45,104 bases of DNA, taken from a virus (taxonomy: Duplodnaviria > Heunggongvirae > Uroviricota > Caudoviricetes). Of this stretch, positions 1 through 11,931 are shown in pieces. Position 1 is the stretch's first letter. Each line of letters begins with the position of its first letter. The DNA is taken from IMG/VR virus record IMGVR_UViG_2619619135_000002; one strand, 5' to 3'. The notes under the pieces were generated by a model. That model was not told where the DNA came from, searched no databases, and saw nothing but the letters and a program-made list of their open reading frames with translations. The position numbers were made by a program, and so were the translations under genes.

Positions 1-564
1 TTAGCCAATACCAAACGCTCGGATTGAACCCAAATCCTCCAGATTGTTCAGATCCTCTTTCATTTCACGCTGACGGCGATAAATCTCGTCATTGCGCTCA
101 ACCTGTGCCTGCGCCATTGCTGTCGCCAGTTCTTCCAGTTCCGGCATTGACAGTTTCACCTGTTGATTATCAGCGTCACCCCACGCAAGGGCGGTTCGTG
201 CCGTATCAGATTTTGCGGCCATTACCACCGGATAAAGACGAGCCATTGAGTCGGGGCCAGCATTCCAGGTACGACCGTTCCATTCGAACGTGAACGCCTT
301 CGCCTCCTGTTCTGCTCGCCACGCCTCGATTTCCATCTTTTTGGCATCTTTTGCCGCTGCGATAAGTTCAGGTGTAATGGTGAACGGGGCGATTTCGCCC
401 CATTTGCCGCTCTGTAACTCTTCCCAGATACGCTGGCCTGTTTCATCCATGTCTTCCGGCGATGCTGTGTAAGGCAAATACTCTTCCACACCGAAAAACA
501 ACACCTCACAATCCACAGCGCCATTTTCCAGCCTGCATATCTTTTTAATATCTTTTATTTTCAT
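1..564 (-). CDS. tfa: Tail fiber assembly protein (Tfa-like chaperone); complete, stop codon TAA at 1-3
   Basis: 187-aa ORF directly downstream of the side tail fiber gene; position and size fit the tail fiber assembly family. Sequence differs from what I recall of lambda Tfa, so the family assignment is by context. Confidence 0.7.
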   Translation of the reverse strand: MKIKDIKKICRLENGAVDCEVLFFGVEEYLPYTASPEDMDETGQRIWEELQSGKWGEIAPFTITPELIAAAKDAKKMEIEAWRAEQEAKAFTFEWNGRTWNAGPDSMARLYPVVMAAKSDTARTALAWGDADNQQVKLSMPELEELATAMAQAQVERNDEIYRRQREMKEDLNNLEDLGSIRAFGIG

Positions 565-567
565 CAG

Positions 568-2877
568 CTACCGTACCCGCACAAATAACCCCACAATAGT
601 GTTGTTGTCAGCCATCAGTACACCACCCGAACCAGATAACGCTCTGTATGCTCCGGGCAGAGAAAGTGAATATGACCGTCCACTGACATAACAAGTTGGT
701 GTGATTCCTTTTACGCCGGCGCCTGTCGCCACCCCTCCCGAGAATTCCACATGCCCCAGCCTTGAGCCAGGATAAATCTTTCCTCTCTGCAGAGTTCTGG
801 TCATATCGCTGTCTGATGTACCGTAATAGGCTGCAAGAATAATATTACCGACTTCCGGGGCCTGGCTATCACTCCCAAGCAGACTGGCAATCCCGCTTCT
901 GTTTATGTAGCCTGAGTCCCAGGGGCGCAGGGACGGGTTTGTGGGATTTGCATCAAGAACTGTTCGATAGACATCCCCATACTGACCATAAAATGTCAGT
1001 AATTTTCTTTTGCCCTGATGTTCTGCCTGACTGTATACCCTGTCAGAAATTTTAATTTCGAGCACTCCGGTAAAACCAATATCCGGAATGATGGGATTAA
1101 AATCCGGATGTGTTCTCTGCTCCACAAGGTAGCGCCCTGGCGGCGTCTGCATACACCAGGTTACAAGCTCAGACTGACCATCACTGGCACTAAAATATTT
1201 AATCGTCGAAGTCAGTGCTCCAAAACCCAATGTCCCCGGTAATGCTCCTCTCCCTTCAGTGCGATCATAAATATTACTTTGTAATGCCACGCTATCTGAG
1301 ATTTCAAGCACCTGCCGCATATCTTCGGATGTGAACTGCGCCAGCAGTGAGCGGGCTTTTGCTGACAACGGAGACAGCGCGATATTCCCTCCGGTATTAA
1401 AATACAGAAGGTTATCTGCCCGTACTGTTAATTTGCTAATCGCTGTTAAAATATCGCTAAGCGGCTGTTTACCTGCCAGTGCGTTAGTGACCGTCGTCGC
1501 AAAGTTTGGGTCATTACCCAGCGCCGCTGCCAGTTCGTTCAGCGTGTCCAGGGCTTCCGGGGACGAGCCAACCAGCGCAGCGAGCAGTTTGCGGACAAAC
1601 GCCGCATTCGCCATCTCCAGTCCGACCGCATCATCCGGTGGGGTTGGTGTGGTTGGCGTACCGGTGAATGCCGGGCTGTCCAGCGGCGCTTTGGTTTTCG
1701 TCTCGTCCATGACGATTTTGACGGCTTTTGGGGTTGCAGCAAATGCTTCAGATGTGCTGTTGGCAGCACTGCTGAGCTGTACTATTCCCTTTTTCGTTGT
1801 ACTCGCATCCTCAAGCCCCACGGCGGATGCGATATCCTCTGCCCGCTTTGCCGCTGTCTCGGCTCGGGTTGCCGCGGACTCTGCTGTACTTTTGCTCCGC
1901 TCAGCCTCCGCCGCACTGTCTGCCGCCTCTGTCGCCTTCGTAGCCGCAGCGTTGGCGGACGTCTCTGCAGCAGTTTCTGAATCTGCTGCAGCTGAGGCGT
2001 TCTGTGCTGCCGCTGTTTCAGAAGACCTTGCGTTCGTCTCGGACGTTTTTGCCGCCTTCGCGGAATTTCCTGCCGCCGTTGCCGAGGAGGCTGCACTACT
2101 GGCGCTCGAGGCTGCACTCGTTTCTGATGATTTTGCCGCCTCTTTTGAAGCCGCCGCATTCCGGGCTGAAGTGGCTGCTTCTGACGCTTTCGTGGTCGCG
2201 GTGGATGCAGAAGTGGCTGCTGATTGTTGTGACGCTGCCGCATTCGTTTCAGACGTTTTCGCGGCACCGGCACTGGTGGCCGCCGCGCTTTTTGAGGACT
2301 CTGCTGCGGCAGCACTTTTTGATGCTTCAGTGGCCTTTGCTGATGCCGTTCCTGCGCTGGAAAAAGCCTCCTGAGCCGACGTCGCGGCCTGTCCGGCTGA
2401 CGTTCTGGCTGCGCGTGCTGAGTCTGCAGCATCAGTCGCATGGGTTGCCGCCTCACGGGCTGATGTGCTGGCATCGCTGGCTGACTTCTTCGCGGCTGCC
2501 GTGTTCTGTGCCACTACGGACGCGTTACGCGCCACCTCTTCCACCATCAGTTCAAAACGGCGCAGTGCCTCCGGACGGGCATCATCCTCCGTCATGGCAC
2601 CGAGAAAATCATTCAGCGTACCGGGTTGAGAATCTTCATACACGGTGATGGTCCCGGCATGTGACGGCGGGAATCCTTCCACCAACAGAATAACGCTGTA
2701 CTGACCGTACTCAACGTCCATGCTGTAACGCCCGGCTTCATCCGGATTTTCTGAGGCCACCGTGTTCACCACCACCGTGGTGCTGTTACGTTTTGCTTTC
2801 AGCTGGATTGTGCAGTTCTGTACCGGTTTTCCTGTGCCGTCTTTCAGTACACCTGAAATCTTTACTGCCATATTCAC
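568..2877 (-). CDS. stf: Side tail fiber protein (Stf-like)
   Basis: 769-aa ORF between lom and tfa with a long Ala/Ser/Thr-rich repetitive central region typical of lambdoid side tail fibers. Confidence 0.75.
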   Translation of the reverse strand: MNMAVKISGVLKDGTGKPVQNCTIQLKAKRNSTTVVVNTVASENPDEAGRYSMDVEYGQYSVILLVEGFPPSHAGTITVYEDSQPGTLNDFLGAMTEDDARPEALRRFELMVEEVARNASVVAQNTAAAKKSASDASTSAREAATHATDAADSARAARTSAGQAATSAQEAFSSAGTASAKATEASKSAAAAESSKSAAATSAGAAKTSETNAAASQQSAATSASTATTKASEAATSARNAAASKEAAKSSETSAASSASSAASSATAAGNSAKAAKTSETNARSSETAAAQNASAAADSETAAETSANAAATKATEAADSAAEAERSKSTAESAATRAETAAKRAEDIASAVGLEDASTTKKGIVQLSSAANSTSEAFAATPKAVKIVMDETKTKAPLDSPAFTGTPTTPTPPDDAVGLEMANAAFVRKLLAALVGSSPEALDTLNELAAALGNDPNFATTVTNALAGKQPLSDILTAISKLTVRADNLLYFNTGGNIALSPLSAKARSLLAQFTSEDMRQVLEISDSVALQSNIYDRTEGRGALPGTLGFGALTSTIKYFSASDGQSELVTWCMQTPPGRYLVEQRTHPDFNPIIPDIGFTGVLEIKISDRVYSQAEHQGKRKLLTFYGQYGDVYRTVLDANPTNPSLRPWDSGYINRSGIASLLGSDSQAPEVGNIILAAYYGTSDSDMTRTLQRGKIYPGSRLGHVEFSGGVATGAGVKGITPTCYVSGRSYSLSLPGAYRALSGSGGVLMADNNTIVGLFVRVR

Positions 2878-2935
2878 CCCACAAAAAAGCCCGCCTGAAC
2901 CGGCGGGCTGTCATAACACTGTGTTACCTGGCTAA

Positions 2936-3535
2936 TCAGAATTTATAACCGACACCCACGATGAAACCGTCAGTGCGCCAGTCACCACTGCCGGAGCCTT
3001 CATAAGCAATATCAATGGCCACGGATTCGGTCGGGTTAAACTGCACGCCTGCCCCCCACGCCAGAGACGTGTTGCTGTGGCGACTGTCATCACTTCCGGT
3101 CAGCACATCGTGCTTTTTCCCCTTGTTGTCAGTTACGCGGAGATAATCTCCGGAGAAAGTCGAAACACGGCTGTAAGCCACACCCGCCATCGCATACGCG
3201 CTGAACCATTCATTCACGCGCACAGAGGGCCCCGCCATCACGCTGAACCAGCGGTTACGCACTGAATCTTCATGCCAGCGGGTATCGCTGTAACGGGTAA
3301 GCTGGCGATTCTTGTCTCCTGCATAGCTGAATGACGTCACCAGCCCCAGTGTGTCCGTAAACTCATAACGGTATTTCACGTTAATCCCGTTCAGATTATC
3401 GCTGCCGGGAGCGTTCGTTGAGGCATGGATATACCCCGCGCTCAGCGTGGACTGATGTTCTGCTGCACTCGCTGGCGTAGCAGCGGCGACCTGCCAGACT
3501 ACTGCGGACAAAATAACAGCACATAATTTACGCAT
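2936..3535 (-). CDS. lom: Outer membrane protein Lom (Ail/Lom family beta-barrel)
   Basis: 199-aa ORF with an N-terminal signal peptide and C-terminal ...GVGYKF; closely matches lambda Lom as I recall it; sits immediately after J. Confidence 0.9.
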   Translation of the reverse strand: MRKLCAVILSAVVWQVAAATPASAAEHQSTLSAGYIHASTNAPGSDNLNGINVKYRYEFTDTLGLVTSFSYAGDKNRQLTRYSDTRWHEDSVRNRWFSVMAGPSVRVNEWFSAYAMAGVAYSRVSTFSGDYLRVTDNKGKKHDVLTGSDDSRHSNTSLAWGAGVQFNPTESVAIDIAYEGSGSGDWRTDGFIVGVGYKF

Positions 3536-3602
3536 AATTACCTCTCGCTTTTCTGCAATAAAAAAGGCGCCATTTCTGGCGCCCGTATCTGGGTTATAAA
3601 AT

Positions 3603-6600
3603 TCAGCTAATCGTGATGCCTGCAGTGGCTTTCTTCATCACCACAACCAGCAAATCGCTGATACTTGCTGTGGGATACCAGTTATTTACCAGCCACGCTG
3701 ACACCGAAAACTCCAGCGTCATGTGACCGTGACCAGCCGGCATATCAATAACACCACTGTAAATCAGCGTATTATCCAGCGCGGTACGGTTATAAATTTC
3801 AGCGCCGTTTTTCCGTACGATCAGACGGCATGAGGAGTAAATATCAGTATGCTCTTTCTCATGTTTAGCGCCACTGAATGCCACCGCCGGAATAACAATC
3901 TGCCGGTCAAACGGCTGATCGTCATAAACCCTGACGGTAATGGTTCCTGATGGCCACCGCTCCGGTGCACGGGAGTCCCGGGGGAAAGCTTTGCCCACTG
4001 TTTTAACGAGATCGCCTTCAATCTGGTTCGCGGACAGTTTTCCCAGAACCCGACAGTTCTCGTTAATCGTGACGTTGTTGAGCGTCCCGGAGTTCGCATT
4101 CACGTTACCGCTGATATCGGCATTTTTCGCCGTCAGCCGCCCGTCCGGTGTCAGGGAAAATGCCGGAGGATTACCGCCGCTGGTAATGGTCGGAGCCGTC
4201 AGGCGTTTCAGGAACACGTCGTTCATGAATATCTGATCGCCCTGACCAACAAACATTGGTCTTGTGTTGCCATTAGACGGATCAATAAACGCGATACGGT
4301 TAGCGGCAACCAGGAACTGGCTCAGTTTGCCTTCCTCCGTGTCCTCCATGCTGAGGCCAAGCCCCGCGACATAATGCTTACCGTCTTCGGTCTGCTCAAT
4401 TTTGACGCCCCACATGGCATTCCATTTATCGTTGGCGTCCTTCCACTCTTTCGAAAACTCCTCCAGTTTGCTGGCGTTATCTTCCGTCAGCTCGACTTTT
4501 TCCAGCAGCTCCTTGCCGAGATGGGATTCGGTTATCTGACCTTTGAAAAAATCCAGATAACCTTCCGCATCATCGCTCGCCCGACCGACAGCCTCTACGA
4601 ATGCCGATTTGCCAACGGTGTTCACACTGCAGATATAAAAGTAATAATCATGGCCCGGTTTGATATTGATACTGGCAGCTATCCAGTACAGCGCCGTGCC
4701 AAGATAGCGGGCTGTGGTTTCAACCTGCCTGATATCGGTAATCCGCTTTTCCGAGAACCAGAACTCAAACTGTACCGTCGGATCATAAACCGCAAGATGC
4801 GGCGTGGCGGTGATCTGAAAATAGCCCGGCGTCAGCTCAATCTGTGACGGCGCTGCCGGTGCGGCAATCCGGAACGATACCGATGCCGGATCGCCCTGCT
4901 GTCCCCACGCATTTACCGCCCGGACTGTCAGCCTGTAGTTCCCCAGCGCCAGCTGCCTGAAGCGGTATGTGGTTTCCGTCGTCCGGGCCGTGCTGACCAG
5001 CCGCTCACTGCCGTCATCCGCTGCCACGGCCAGGCGAAGCAGGAAGCTCACGCCCTTCACCACCTTCGGCGTGTCCCAGCGCGCCAGCACCTGATATTCT
5101 CCGCTGTCTGCGGTGGCTTCGGCAGTCAGGTGCTGCACTGCTGGCGGCGTGACACCATTCACCGTGCCGCTCAGATCGCCGTCAAAGTGCGCCCCGTTAT
5201 CCACGATGGCCTCTTTTTCCGGTACATGCTGCACGGCAGTGATGGCATACGTGCCGTCATCGTTCTCACGGATACTCACGCAGCGGAACAGGCGCTGGCG
5301 CAACGTCGGCAGCTTCAGTCCCCATACGCTGTATTCTGCAACGCCGTCAGGAACACGGCTCACTTTCACCTTCACGCCGTCGGTGACGGACTGAACCTCC
5401 ACGCTGACCGGATTGCCACTTCCGTCAACCAGGCTTATCAGCGTGGTACCGGAGGATGGCAGCGTGATTTCACGGTCGAGCGTCAGTGTCCGGGTCTGGC
5501 TGTTCACCGCCAGCACGCGACCACCGGTGCGGATACCGGCATAGTCATCATCACAGATTTCAATAACATCGCCCGGTACATGGCGAAGCCCTTCTGCGCC
5601 GACGCTGAAATCCACGGTCTGCGTTTCCAGCAGTTCTGTTTTAATCAGCCACAGCCCGGCGCGGTGTGCCTGCCCCCGGCTGGTACAGCCAAAGGCATCC
5701 ATCTTCGTAACATTACGACCGTAACGGGCAATGGCCTGCGTGTCCTCCACAAGCTCTGTCGCTGTCTCCCAGCCGTTATCCGGGTCAATCCAGTTCACCT
5801 CAACGGCATTATGGCGGTCCTTCAGGGCGCTGAAGCTGTAGCGGAACGGCGCGCCATCATCCGGCATAACCACATTACTGCGGTTATAGGTCCACACCTT
5901 ATCCGATGGTCGGTCCTGCACGAACGTCAGCGTCTGCCCGTTCCATACCGGCATACAGCGCATCGCCGAGCAGAAATCACTGAGCACATCCCACGCCTTG
6001 CGCTGTGTGGTCAGGTACGCATTACAGGTGATGCGCGGCTCCGTGCCACCAAAGCCGTCCGGCACTGACTGGTCGCAGTACTGGCCGATGACATACAGCG
6101 CCCATTTGTCCACATCCGCCGCACCAAGACGTTTCCCCATGCCGTAGCGCGGATGGGTCAGCATATCCCACAGACACCAGGCCATGTTGTTGCTGTATGC
6201 CGGTTTAAACGTTCCGTCCCAGATACCGCTGTATTGCCGCGTCTGCGGGTTATAGTTCGACGGCACCTGCAGAATGCGCCCGCGCAGATGATAATTACGG
6301 CTCACCTGCTGACTGCCGAACTGCTCCGAATCCACCTGTACGCCAACCAGTGCCGTGTTCGGGTAGCACTGTTTCACATCGATGATTTCAGTGTATGACG
6401 ACCAGAGCGTTTTGTTCTGCAGCTGGTCTGTGGTGCTGTCCGGCGTCATCCTGCGCATCCGGATGTTGAACGGGCGCGGCGGCAGGTTACCCACCACCAC
6501 CGAGGCCAGATACTGCGAGGTGGTTTTGCCCTTAATGGTGATGTCTTTTTCCGTCACCCAGCCACCGTTACGTTGTATCTGAACCAGCAGGCGGACTTCC

Positions 6601-6998
6601 GACGGATTCCGGTCCCCCTTTGAGGTGGTTTCCACCAGTGCCTGCACACCGAAGGTAAAGCGCAGACGGTCGATGTTTGCCGACGTGATGGTCCGGGTGA
6701 TCGGCGTGTCGTACTTCACTTCCGTACCCAGCACCGTCTCGGAGCCGGAGGATTCAAATCCCTCCGGCGGTGTCTGCTCCTGCTCACCTGCCCGGAACAC
6801 CACCGTGACACCGGAGATGTTGGTATTCCCCTCAGTGTCCAGCACCGGCGTACTGTTCAGCAGCACGCTTTTTAATCCCTCCACCGGACCTTCAATCGGC
6901 CCTTCACTGATGGCATCGATCACACTCAGCAACTGCGTGGACTTCAGGTTGTCCTTCGCTTCGCGCGGGGTATGCCCCTTACTGCTGCCTTTACCCAT
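3603..6998 (-). CDS. J: Tail tip / host specificity protein J
   Basis: 1131-aa ORF (lambda J is 1132 aa); position after I; C-terminal receptor-binding region present. Confidence 0.95.
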   Translation of the reverse strand: MGKGSSKGHTPREAKDNLKSTQLLSVIDAISEGPIEGPVEGLKSVLLNSTPVLDTEGNTNISGVTVVFRAGEQEQTPPEGFESSGSETVLGTEVKYDTPITRTITSANIDRLRFTFGVQALVETTSKGDRNPSEVRLLVQIQRNGGWVTEKDITIKGKTTSQYLASVVVGNLPPRPFNIRMRRMTPDSTTDQLQNKTLWSSYTEIIDVKQCYPNTALVGVQVDSEQFGSQQVSRNYHLRGRILQVPSNYNPQTRQYSGIWDGTFKPAYSNNMAWCLWDMLTHPRYGMGKRLGAADVDKWALYVIGQYCDQSVPDGFGGTEPRITCNAYLTTQRKAWDVLSDFCSAMRCMPVWNGQTLTFVQDRPSDKVWTYNRSNVVMPDDGAPFRYSFSALKDRHNAVEVNWIDPDNGWETATELVEDTQAIARYGRNVTKMDAFGCTSRGQAHRAGLWLIKTELLETQTVDFSVGAEGLRHVPGDVIEICDDDYAGIRTGGRVLAVNSQTRTLTLDREITLPSSGTTLISLVDGSGNPVSVEVQSVTDGVKVKVSRVPDGVAEYSVWGLKLPTLRQRLFRCVSIRENDDGTYAITAVQHVPEKEAIVDNGAHFDGDLSGTVNGVTPPAVQHLTAEATADSGEYQVLARWDTPKVVKGVSFLLRLAVAADDGSERLVSTARTTETTYRFRQLALGNYRLTVRAVNAWGQQGDPASVSFRIAAPAAPSQIELTPGYFQITATPHLAVYDPTVQFEFWFSEKRITDIRQVETTARYLGTALYWIAASINIKPGHDYYFYICSVNTVGKSAFVEAVGRASDDAEGYLDFFKGQITESHLGKELLEKVELTEDNASKLEEFSKEWKDANDKWNAMWGVKIEQTEDGKHYVAGLGLSMEDTEEGKLSQFLVAANRIAFIDPSNGNTRPMFVGQGDQIFMNDVFLKRLTAPTITSGGNPPAFSLTPDGRLTAKNADISGNVNANSGTLNNVTINENCRVLGKLSANQIEGDLVKTVGKAFPRDSRAPERWPSGTITVRVYDDQPFDRQIVIPAVAFSGAKHEKEHTDIYSSCRLIVRKNGAEIYNRTALDNTLIYSGVIDMPAGHGHMTLEFSVSAWLVNNWYPTASISDLLVVVMKKATAGITIS

Positions 6999-7057
6999 TT
7001 CTCACGCTCCATAACGACAAAACCGCCCGGGGGCGGTTTCACATAAAACGTTTTTCA

Positions 7058-7699
7058 TCAGCGACCAATCACCACAACCTGACCACCATCACCTTCATCT
7101 GCCGTGCTGATCTCCTGAGATACCACCCGCGACCCCACACGCATTTCACCGTACAGAACGGGCAGGACATTGCCCTGGGCAACCATATTATCCAGTGAAG
7201 AAAAATAGGTGTTCTGTTTGCCGTTATCCGTTGTCTGTGTGCGGGGGGTTTTGGGTTGAGGGGCCAGCATCTGTGCAACACCGCCAAGCGTCATACTGGC
7301 ACCGAGAGAAAACAGCAGATTACTCGCCATAATTCCTACCCCCGGCATCCATATAGCAACCGCCATAACAGCCGCCCCCAGCACAGCCTGAAACACACCG
7401 CCACTTTTGGCTCCTGCCAGACGCGGCACGATATGGATCACAGCACCATTTGCCAGCGGTTCATTAAGACGGGCTGATAATTCTGTTTCACCTGTATCAC
7501 GCCCGGCAATGCGTACCTGATACCAGCCGTAGCTCAGCTTCTGACGAAACGCCGGGATCTGCATGACCAGCGCCCGGATGGCTTCGACCCCCGTTTTCAC
7601 ACGAAGGTCGATGCGGCGGCCAAATCGTTGTAAATCCCCGTAAAGGCAGATGCGTGCCATGCCCGGTGACGCCAGAGGGAGTGTGTGCGTCGCTGCCAT
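7058..7699 (-). CDS. I: Tail assembly protein I
   Basis: 213-aa ORF starting MAATHTLPLASPGMARICLYGDLQRFGRR, as in lambda gpI; overlaps the 3' end of K as in lambda. Confidence 0.9.
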   Translation of the reverse strand: MAATHTLPLASPGMARICLYGDLQRFGRRIDLRVKTGVEAIRALVMQIPAFRQKLSYGWYQVRIAGRDTGETELSARLNEPLANGAVIHIVPRLAGAKSGGVFQAVLGAAVMAVAIWMPGVGIMASNLLFSLGASMTLGGVAQMLAPQPKTPRTQTTDNGKQNTYFSSLDNMVAQGNVLPVLYGEMRVGSRVVSQEISTADEGDGGQVVVIGR

Positions 7700-8340
7700 T
7701 TGTCTGTATACCTCTCTCGTTTGCTCAGTTGTTCAGGAATATGGTGCAGCAGCTCGCCGTCACCACAGTAAATGGCGGCATGATTCGGCACCGATGAACC
7801 AAAACAGCACAGCAGCACATCGCCCGGTTGTGCTGATAACAACGGCACCTGATACAGCCCTGTGGCCTCCAGATTATCCAGATAGAGATTCTGACCGTGA
7901 CGCCACCAGTCATCCCCGCGATGAAAATCCGGCATCTCAACCCCCGCCAGATGATAAGCATCCCGGAACAGCGTGTAACAGTCCGTCACCCCGTGCTCAA
8001 AGCACCGCCCGGTGAGATGCGGCACACAGCGGAACTTATGAATCGCCCCCCGGCAGACCAGCCACCACGGCAAATCACTCTGCACCTGCAGTCGCCTGTC
8101 GGCCTCACTCAGCCAGGGCAGACCACCGGGGTGACTGTGGACCAGCGCCACAATATCACCCTGCATTTCGGCCTGCAGCCAGTCCTCCGGAGCCATCCGG
8201 AAATACGCCTCCGGCTCACCGGAGATATTCACGCAGGGAAAATATCTTTCCCCCTCCGGCGTTCTCACCACGAAGCCGCACGACTCCGCTGGCGCACATC
8301 GCCGGGCGTGCGCCAGAATCGCTGATTCTGTCTCTGTCAT
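7597..8340 (-). CDS. K: Tail assembly protein K (JAB/MPN plus NlpC/P60 domains)
   Basis: ORF begins 3 nt after the L stop (translational coupling). Contains HSHP (JAB-like) and a Cys/His NlpC/P60-type region. The start could instead be the internal Met 48 codons downstream. Confidence 0.85.
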   Translation of the reverse strand: MTETESAILAHARRCAPAESCGFVVRTPEGERYFPCVNISGEPEAYFRMAPEDWLQAEMQGDIVALVHSHPGGLPWLSEADRRLQVQSDLPWWLVCRGAIHKFRCVPHLTGRCFEHGVTDCYTLFRDAYHLAGVEMPDFHRGDDWWRHGQNLYLDNLEATGLYQVPLLSAQPGDVLLCCFGSSVPNHAAIYCGDGELLHHIPEQLSKRERYTDKWQRRTHSLWRHRAWHASAFTGIYNDLAAASTFV

Positions 8341-8345
8341 GGGAT

Positions 8346-9044
8346 TTACTGCGAAAGTTTGTTGATGGAAAGGTAGCCGCCAAAGTTGCCGACGTTATTG
8401 CGAAACTTACAGCCACTCAGGCATTTGCTGCATTTATCCTTCGTGATATCGGACGTTGGCTGGTCATATTCATCCGCGACCGCCGGACCGTGATAACCGC
8501 ACTCATCACCGCGATAGGTCCAGGTACAGGTGTTGGTCAGCATGATGCGCCCCGGAAAAACAGCGCCGTCCGTTTCCGTCGGCGTGGACAGTACAAAAGA
8601 AGCACTGACCGCACTCAGTTCGCTGCACTGCTCGATGCGCCAGCGGCTGATCACCTCCTGCTCCGGGTCGGCGTCACTGTTTCCGTTGACGAAGTTCACC
8701 GCATCCAGAAAACGGGCGTAAACCTTACGCCGGACCACCGTTCCGCCGACCAGACTCTGCATATCTTCCGCCATCCCGGTGACCATACCGTACAGGTTAG
8801 AAACCGTCAGCGTGGGGCGCGTACTGGTGCCTTTGCCATTCAGTTCAAAACCACTCCCCTGAATGGGATACGGCTGATACTGTCGCCCCTGCCAGGTGAC
8901 CGGCTCACCTTTTTCGTTCTGCTCATTACAGAAAAAATAACGTTCTCCACCGACCTCTGTCAGATCGATTTCCCAGAGCACCACGCTGGCCGACTGCTCC
9001 GCACGGGTGCATTCATTCAGTATTTCCTGCCGGATATCCTGCAT
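8346..9044 (-). CDS. L: Tail tip protein L
   Basis: 232-aa ORF, same length as lambda gpL, with a C-terminal Cys cluster; between M and K. Confidence 0.9.
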   Translation of the reverse strand: MQDIRQEILNECTRAEQSASVVLWEIDLTEVGGERYFFCNEQNEKGEPVTWQGRQYQPYPIQGSGFELNGKGTSTRPTLTVSNLYGMVTGMAEDMQSLVGGTVVRRKVYARFLDAVNFVNGNSDADPEQEVISRWRIEQCSELSAVSASFVLSTPTETDGAVFPGRIMLTNTCTWTYRGDECGYHGPAVADEYDQPTSDITKDKCSKCLSGCKFRNNVGNFGGYLSINKLSQ

Positions 9045-9373
9045 CAGTTCACCACCTGTTCAAACTCTGCGCTGAACTCAACACGCAGCATACTGACCCG
9101 CGACGACCATTTTGCGCAGGTCACCTTTATCTGCCGCCACTCATAAGGCGGCGTCCACAGAAAGGCTTTCCAGCCCCCGTGCTCAGCCAGAAACGACTCC
9201 AGCGCCGTGGCCTCCCAACGGGGAACAGAAAGCGTCACGCTGTACGTTTTCAGGTCGGCATTCAGCCCGGCAGGCGCTCGCTGGGAATAGCCATCACCAA
9301 AGCGCACCTTTCTTACGGAAGGGGCCGAAGCCACATCCATACCGGGTTTCACTTTCCAGCGGAAGGTTTTCAT
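9044..9373 (-). CDS. M: Tail tip protein M
   Basis: 109-aa ORF (lambda gpM is 109 aa) overlapping the H stop and L start. Confidence 0.9.
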   Translation of the reverse strand: MKTFRWKVKPGMDVASAPSVRKVRFGDGYSQRAPAGLNADLKTYSVTLSVPRWEATALESFLAEHGGWKAFLWTPPYEWRQIKVTCAKWSSRVSMLRVEFSAEFEQVVN

Positions 9374-11931
9374 CGTCCACCTCCGGAGAACAGACCACCA
9401 TCGCGCATCTGCCCGGTCACAACATCCATTGCCGCCTTACGGGCTACGTCATAAACAGCCTTCAGTGCCTGTGGCCCTATCTGACCGTTCGTGCCGTCGT
9501 TGTTAATCACCACATGGTTATTCTGCTCAAACGTCCCGGACGCCTGCGACCGGCTGTCCGCCATGCTGCCCGGTGTACCGACATAACCACCGGTGGCATA
9601 GCCGCGCATCAGCCGGTAGAGATTCCCCACGCCAATCCGGCTGGTTGCCTCCTTCGTGAAGACAAATTCACCACGGTGAACAATCCCCGCTGGCTCATAT
9701 TTGCCGCCGGTTCCTGTGAATCCTCCGGTTGCAAAATGGAATTTCGCCGCAGCGGCCTGAATGGCTGTACCGCCTGACGCGGATGCGCCGCCACCAACAG
9801 CCCCGCCAATGGCGCTGCCGATACTCCCGACAATCCCCACCATTGCCTGCTTAAGCAGAATTTCTGTCATCATGGACAGCACGGAACGGGTGAAGCTGCG
9901 CCAGTTCTGCTCACTGCCGGTCAGCATCGCTGCCATATTCTGTGCAATACCATCAAAGGTCTGCGTGGCTGCACTTTTTACCTGCGACATACTGTCCGTG
10001 GCGCTCTCTTCCCACTCACTCCAGCCGGACTTCAGGCCTGCCATCCAGCTCCCGCGAAGCTGGTCTTCAGCCGCCCAGGTCTTTTTCTGCTCTGACATGA
10101 CGTTATTCAGCGCCAGCGGATTATCGCCATACTGTTCCTTCAGGCGCTGTTCCGTGGCTTCCCGTTCTGCCTGCCGGTCAGCCAGCCCCCGGCTTTTCGC
10201 ATCAATGGCGGCCCGTTTTGCCCGTTGCTGCTGTGCGAATTTATCCGCCTGCTGCGCCAGCGCGTTCAGGCGCTCCTGATACGTAACCTTGTCGCCAAGT
10301 GCAGCCAGCTGGCGTTTGTACTCCAGCGTCTCATCTTTATGCGCCAGCAGGGATTTCTCCTGTGCAGACAGCTGGCGACGTTGCGCCGCCTCCTCCAGTA
10401 CCGCGAACTGACTCTCCACCTTCCACAAATCCCGGCGCTGCTGGCTGATTTTCTCATTCGCTCCGGCATGCTTCTCCAGCGTCCGGAGTTCTGCCTGAAG
10501 CGTCAGCAGGGCGGCATGAGCACTGTCTTCCTGACGCTCTCCCGCAGACACCTTCACGCCGGACTGCTTCGGCTTTTTCAGTGTCGCTTCATAGTCCTTT
10601 TTCGCCGCCGCCATCAGCGTGTTGTAATCTGCCTGCAGGATTTTTCCGTCTTTCAGGGCCTTATTCAGTTCTTCCTGACGGGCGGTATATTTCTCCAGCG
10701 GCGTCTGCAGCCGTTCGTAAGCCTTCTGCGCCTCTTCGGTATATTTCAGCCGTGACGCTTCGGTATCGCTCTGCTGCTGCGCATTTTTGTCCTGTTGAGT
10801 CTGCTGCTCAGCCTTCTTTCGGGCGGCTTCAAGCGCAAGACGAGCCTTTTCACGATCATCCCAGTAACGCGCCCGCGCTTCATCGTTAACAAAATAATCA
10901 TCCTTGCGCAGATTCCAGATGTCGTCTGCTTTCTTAAACGCAGCCTCTGCCTTAATCAGCATCTCCTGCGCGGTATCAGGACGACCAATATCCAGCACCG
11001 CATCCCACATGGATTTGAATGCCCGCGCTGTCCTGTCTGCCCAGGTCTCCAGCGTGCCCATGTTCTCTTTCAGGCGGCGGGTCTGGTCATCAAACCCTTT
11101 CGTTGCGGCCTCGTTCGCCGCCTGCAATGCCCCGGTCTCATCGCCGGAACGCTGCAACTGAGCAACATACGCAATCTGCTCCGCCGTCACGTTATGGAAC
11201 TGACGTGCCATCGCTGTCAGCCCCGACGTCGGGTCAGTGGTCAGCTTCCCGAAGGCTTCAGCGAGCTTGTCCACCTCCACACCGGATGCAGAGGAGAAAC
11301 GCGCCACACTCTGGCTGATGGACGCAATCTGAGCCTCACCGCTTACCCCCGCCTTAACCAGTGCGCTGAGTGACTCGCTGGTCTGGTTAAACGTCAGCCC
11401 TGCCGCCTGCCCGGCTCTGGACAGGACCAGCATACGATCTGCCGTCAGCCCCGACTGATGACCGGAAAGGACCAGCGTTTTGTTGAAATCGGACAAGGTT
11501 GAGTTGCCCTGATACCAGGCATACGCCAGCGCACCGGTCGCCACCGCCAGCGAGGTGGCCCCCACCATCGGCAGGGTGATCGCACCGGCAAGCCCCCTGA
11601 ACATGGGGATCATCCCGCCGAAGGAGTCCTTAACCTGACCACCCTGTTGCAGCAGGATCAGCCACGGACTTTGCCCGCCTGCAAGCTGCGTGGCCACGTC
11701 GGTGAACTGTGCAGGCAGCATACGCATGGCGGCTTTATACTGCCCGACGGAAATCCCCGCTTTCTGTGCAGCCAGCGCCTGTCGGCTCAGCGACTGTTCA
11801 ACGACTGCCGCTGTTTTTTTCGCATCACTTTCCGTACCGGAAAAATGACGCCTGACTCTGGCCATCTGCTCGTCAAATCTGGCCGCATCCAGACTCAAAT
11901 CAACGACCAGATCGCCTACCGGTTCAGCCAT
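9370..11931 (-). CDS. H: Tail tape measure protein H
   Basis: 853-aa ORF (lambda gpH is 853 aa), coiled-coil and Gly-rich C-terminus; follows G/T. Confidence 0.95.
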   Translation of the reverse strand: MAEPVGDLVVDLSLDAARFDEQMARVRRHFSGTESDAKKTAAVVEQSLSRQALAAQKAGISVGQYKAAMRMLPAQFTDVATQLAGGQSPWLILLQQGGQVKDSFGGMIPMFRGLAGAITLPMVGATSLAVATGALAYAWYQGNSTLSDFNKTLVLSGHQSGLTADRMLVLSRAGQAAGLTFNQTSESLSALVKAGVSGEAQIASISQSVARFSSASGVEVDKLAEAFGKLTTDPTSGLTAMARQFHNVTAEQIAYVAQLQRSGDETGALQAANEAATKGFDDQTRRLKENMGTLETWADRTARAFKSMWDAVLDIGRPDTAQEMLIKAEAAFKKADDIWNLRKDDYFVNDEARARYWDDREKARLALEAARKKAEQQTQQDKNAQQQSDTEASRLKYTEEAQKAYERLQTPLEKYTARQEELNKALKDGKILQADYNTLMAAAKKDYEATLKKPKQSGVKVSAGERQEDSAHAALLTLQAELRTLEKHAGANEKISQQRRDLWKVESQFAVLEEAAQRRQLSAQEKSLLAHKDETLEYKRQLAALGDKVTYQERLNALAQQADKFAQQQRAKRAAIDAKSRGLADRQAEREATEQRLKEQYGDNPLALNNVMSEQKKTWAAEDQLRGSWMAGLKSGWSEWEESATDSMSQVKSAATQTFDGIAQNMAAMLTGSEQNWRSFTRSVLSMMTEILLKQAMVGIVGSIGSAIGGAVGGGASASGGTAIQAAAAKFHFATGGFTGTGGKYEPAGIVHRGEFVFTKEATSRIGVGNLYRLMRGYATGGYVGTPGSMADSRSQASGTFEQNNHVVINNDGTNGQIGPQALKAVYDVARKAAMDVVTGQMRDGGLFSGGGR

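Noticed and set aside
1331-2374. 347-aa plus-strand ORF (Ala/Ser-rich) antisense to stf
   Set aside because: Artifact of the repetitive GC-rich stf coding sequence read in reverse; no RBS; fully contained in a well-supported gene.
1782-2474. 230-aa Arg/Gln/Pro-rich minus-strand ORF inside stf in another frame
   Set aside because: Alternate-frame read of a repetitive region; the stf frame is the one with family support.
5130-6068. 312-aa plus-strand ORF antisense to J
   Set aside because: Lies entirely within the J gene on the opposite strand; composition typical of antisense readthrough in high-GC coding DNA.
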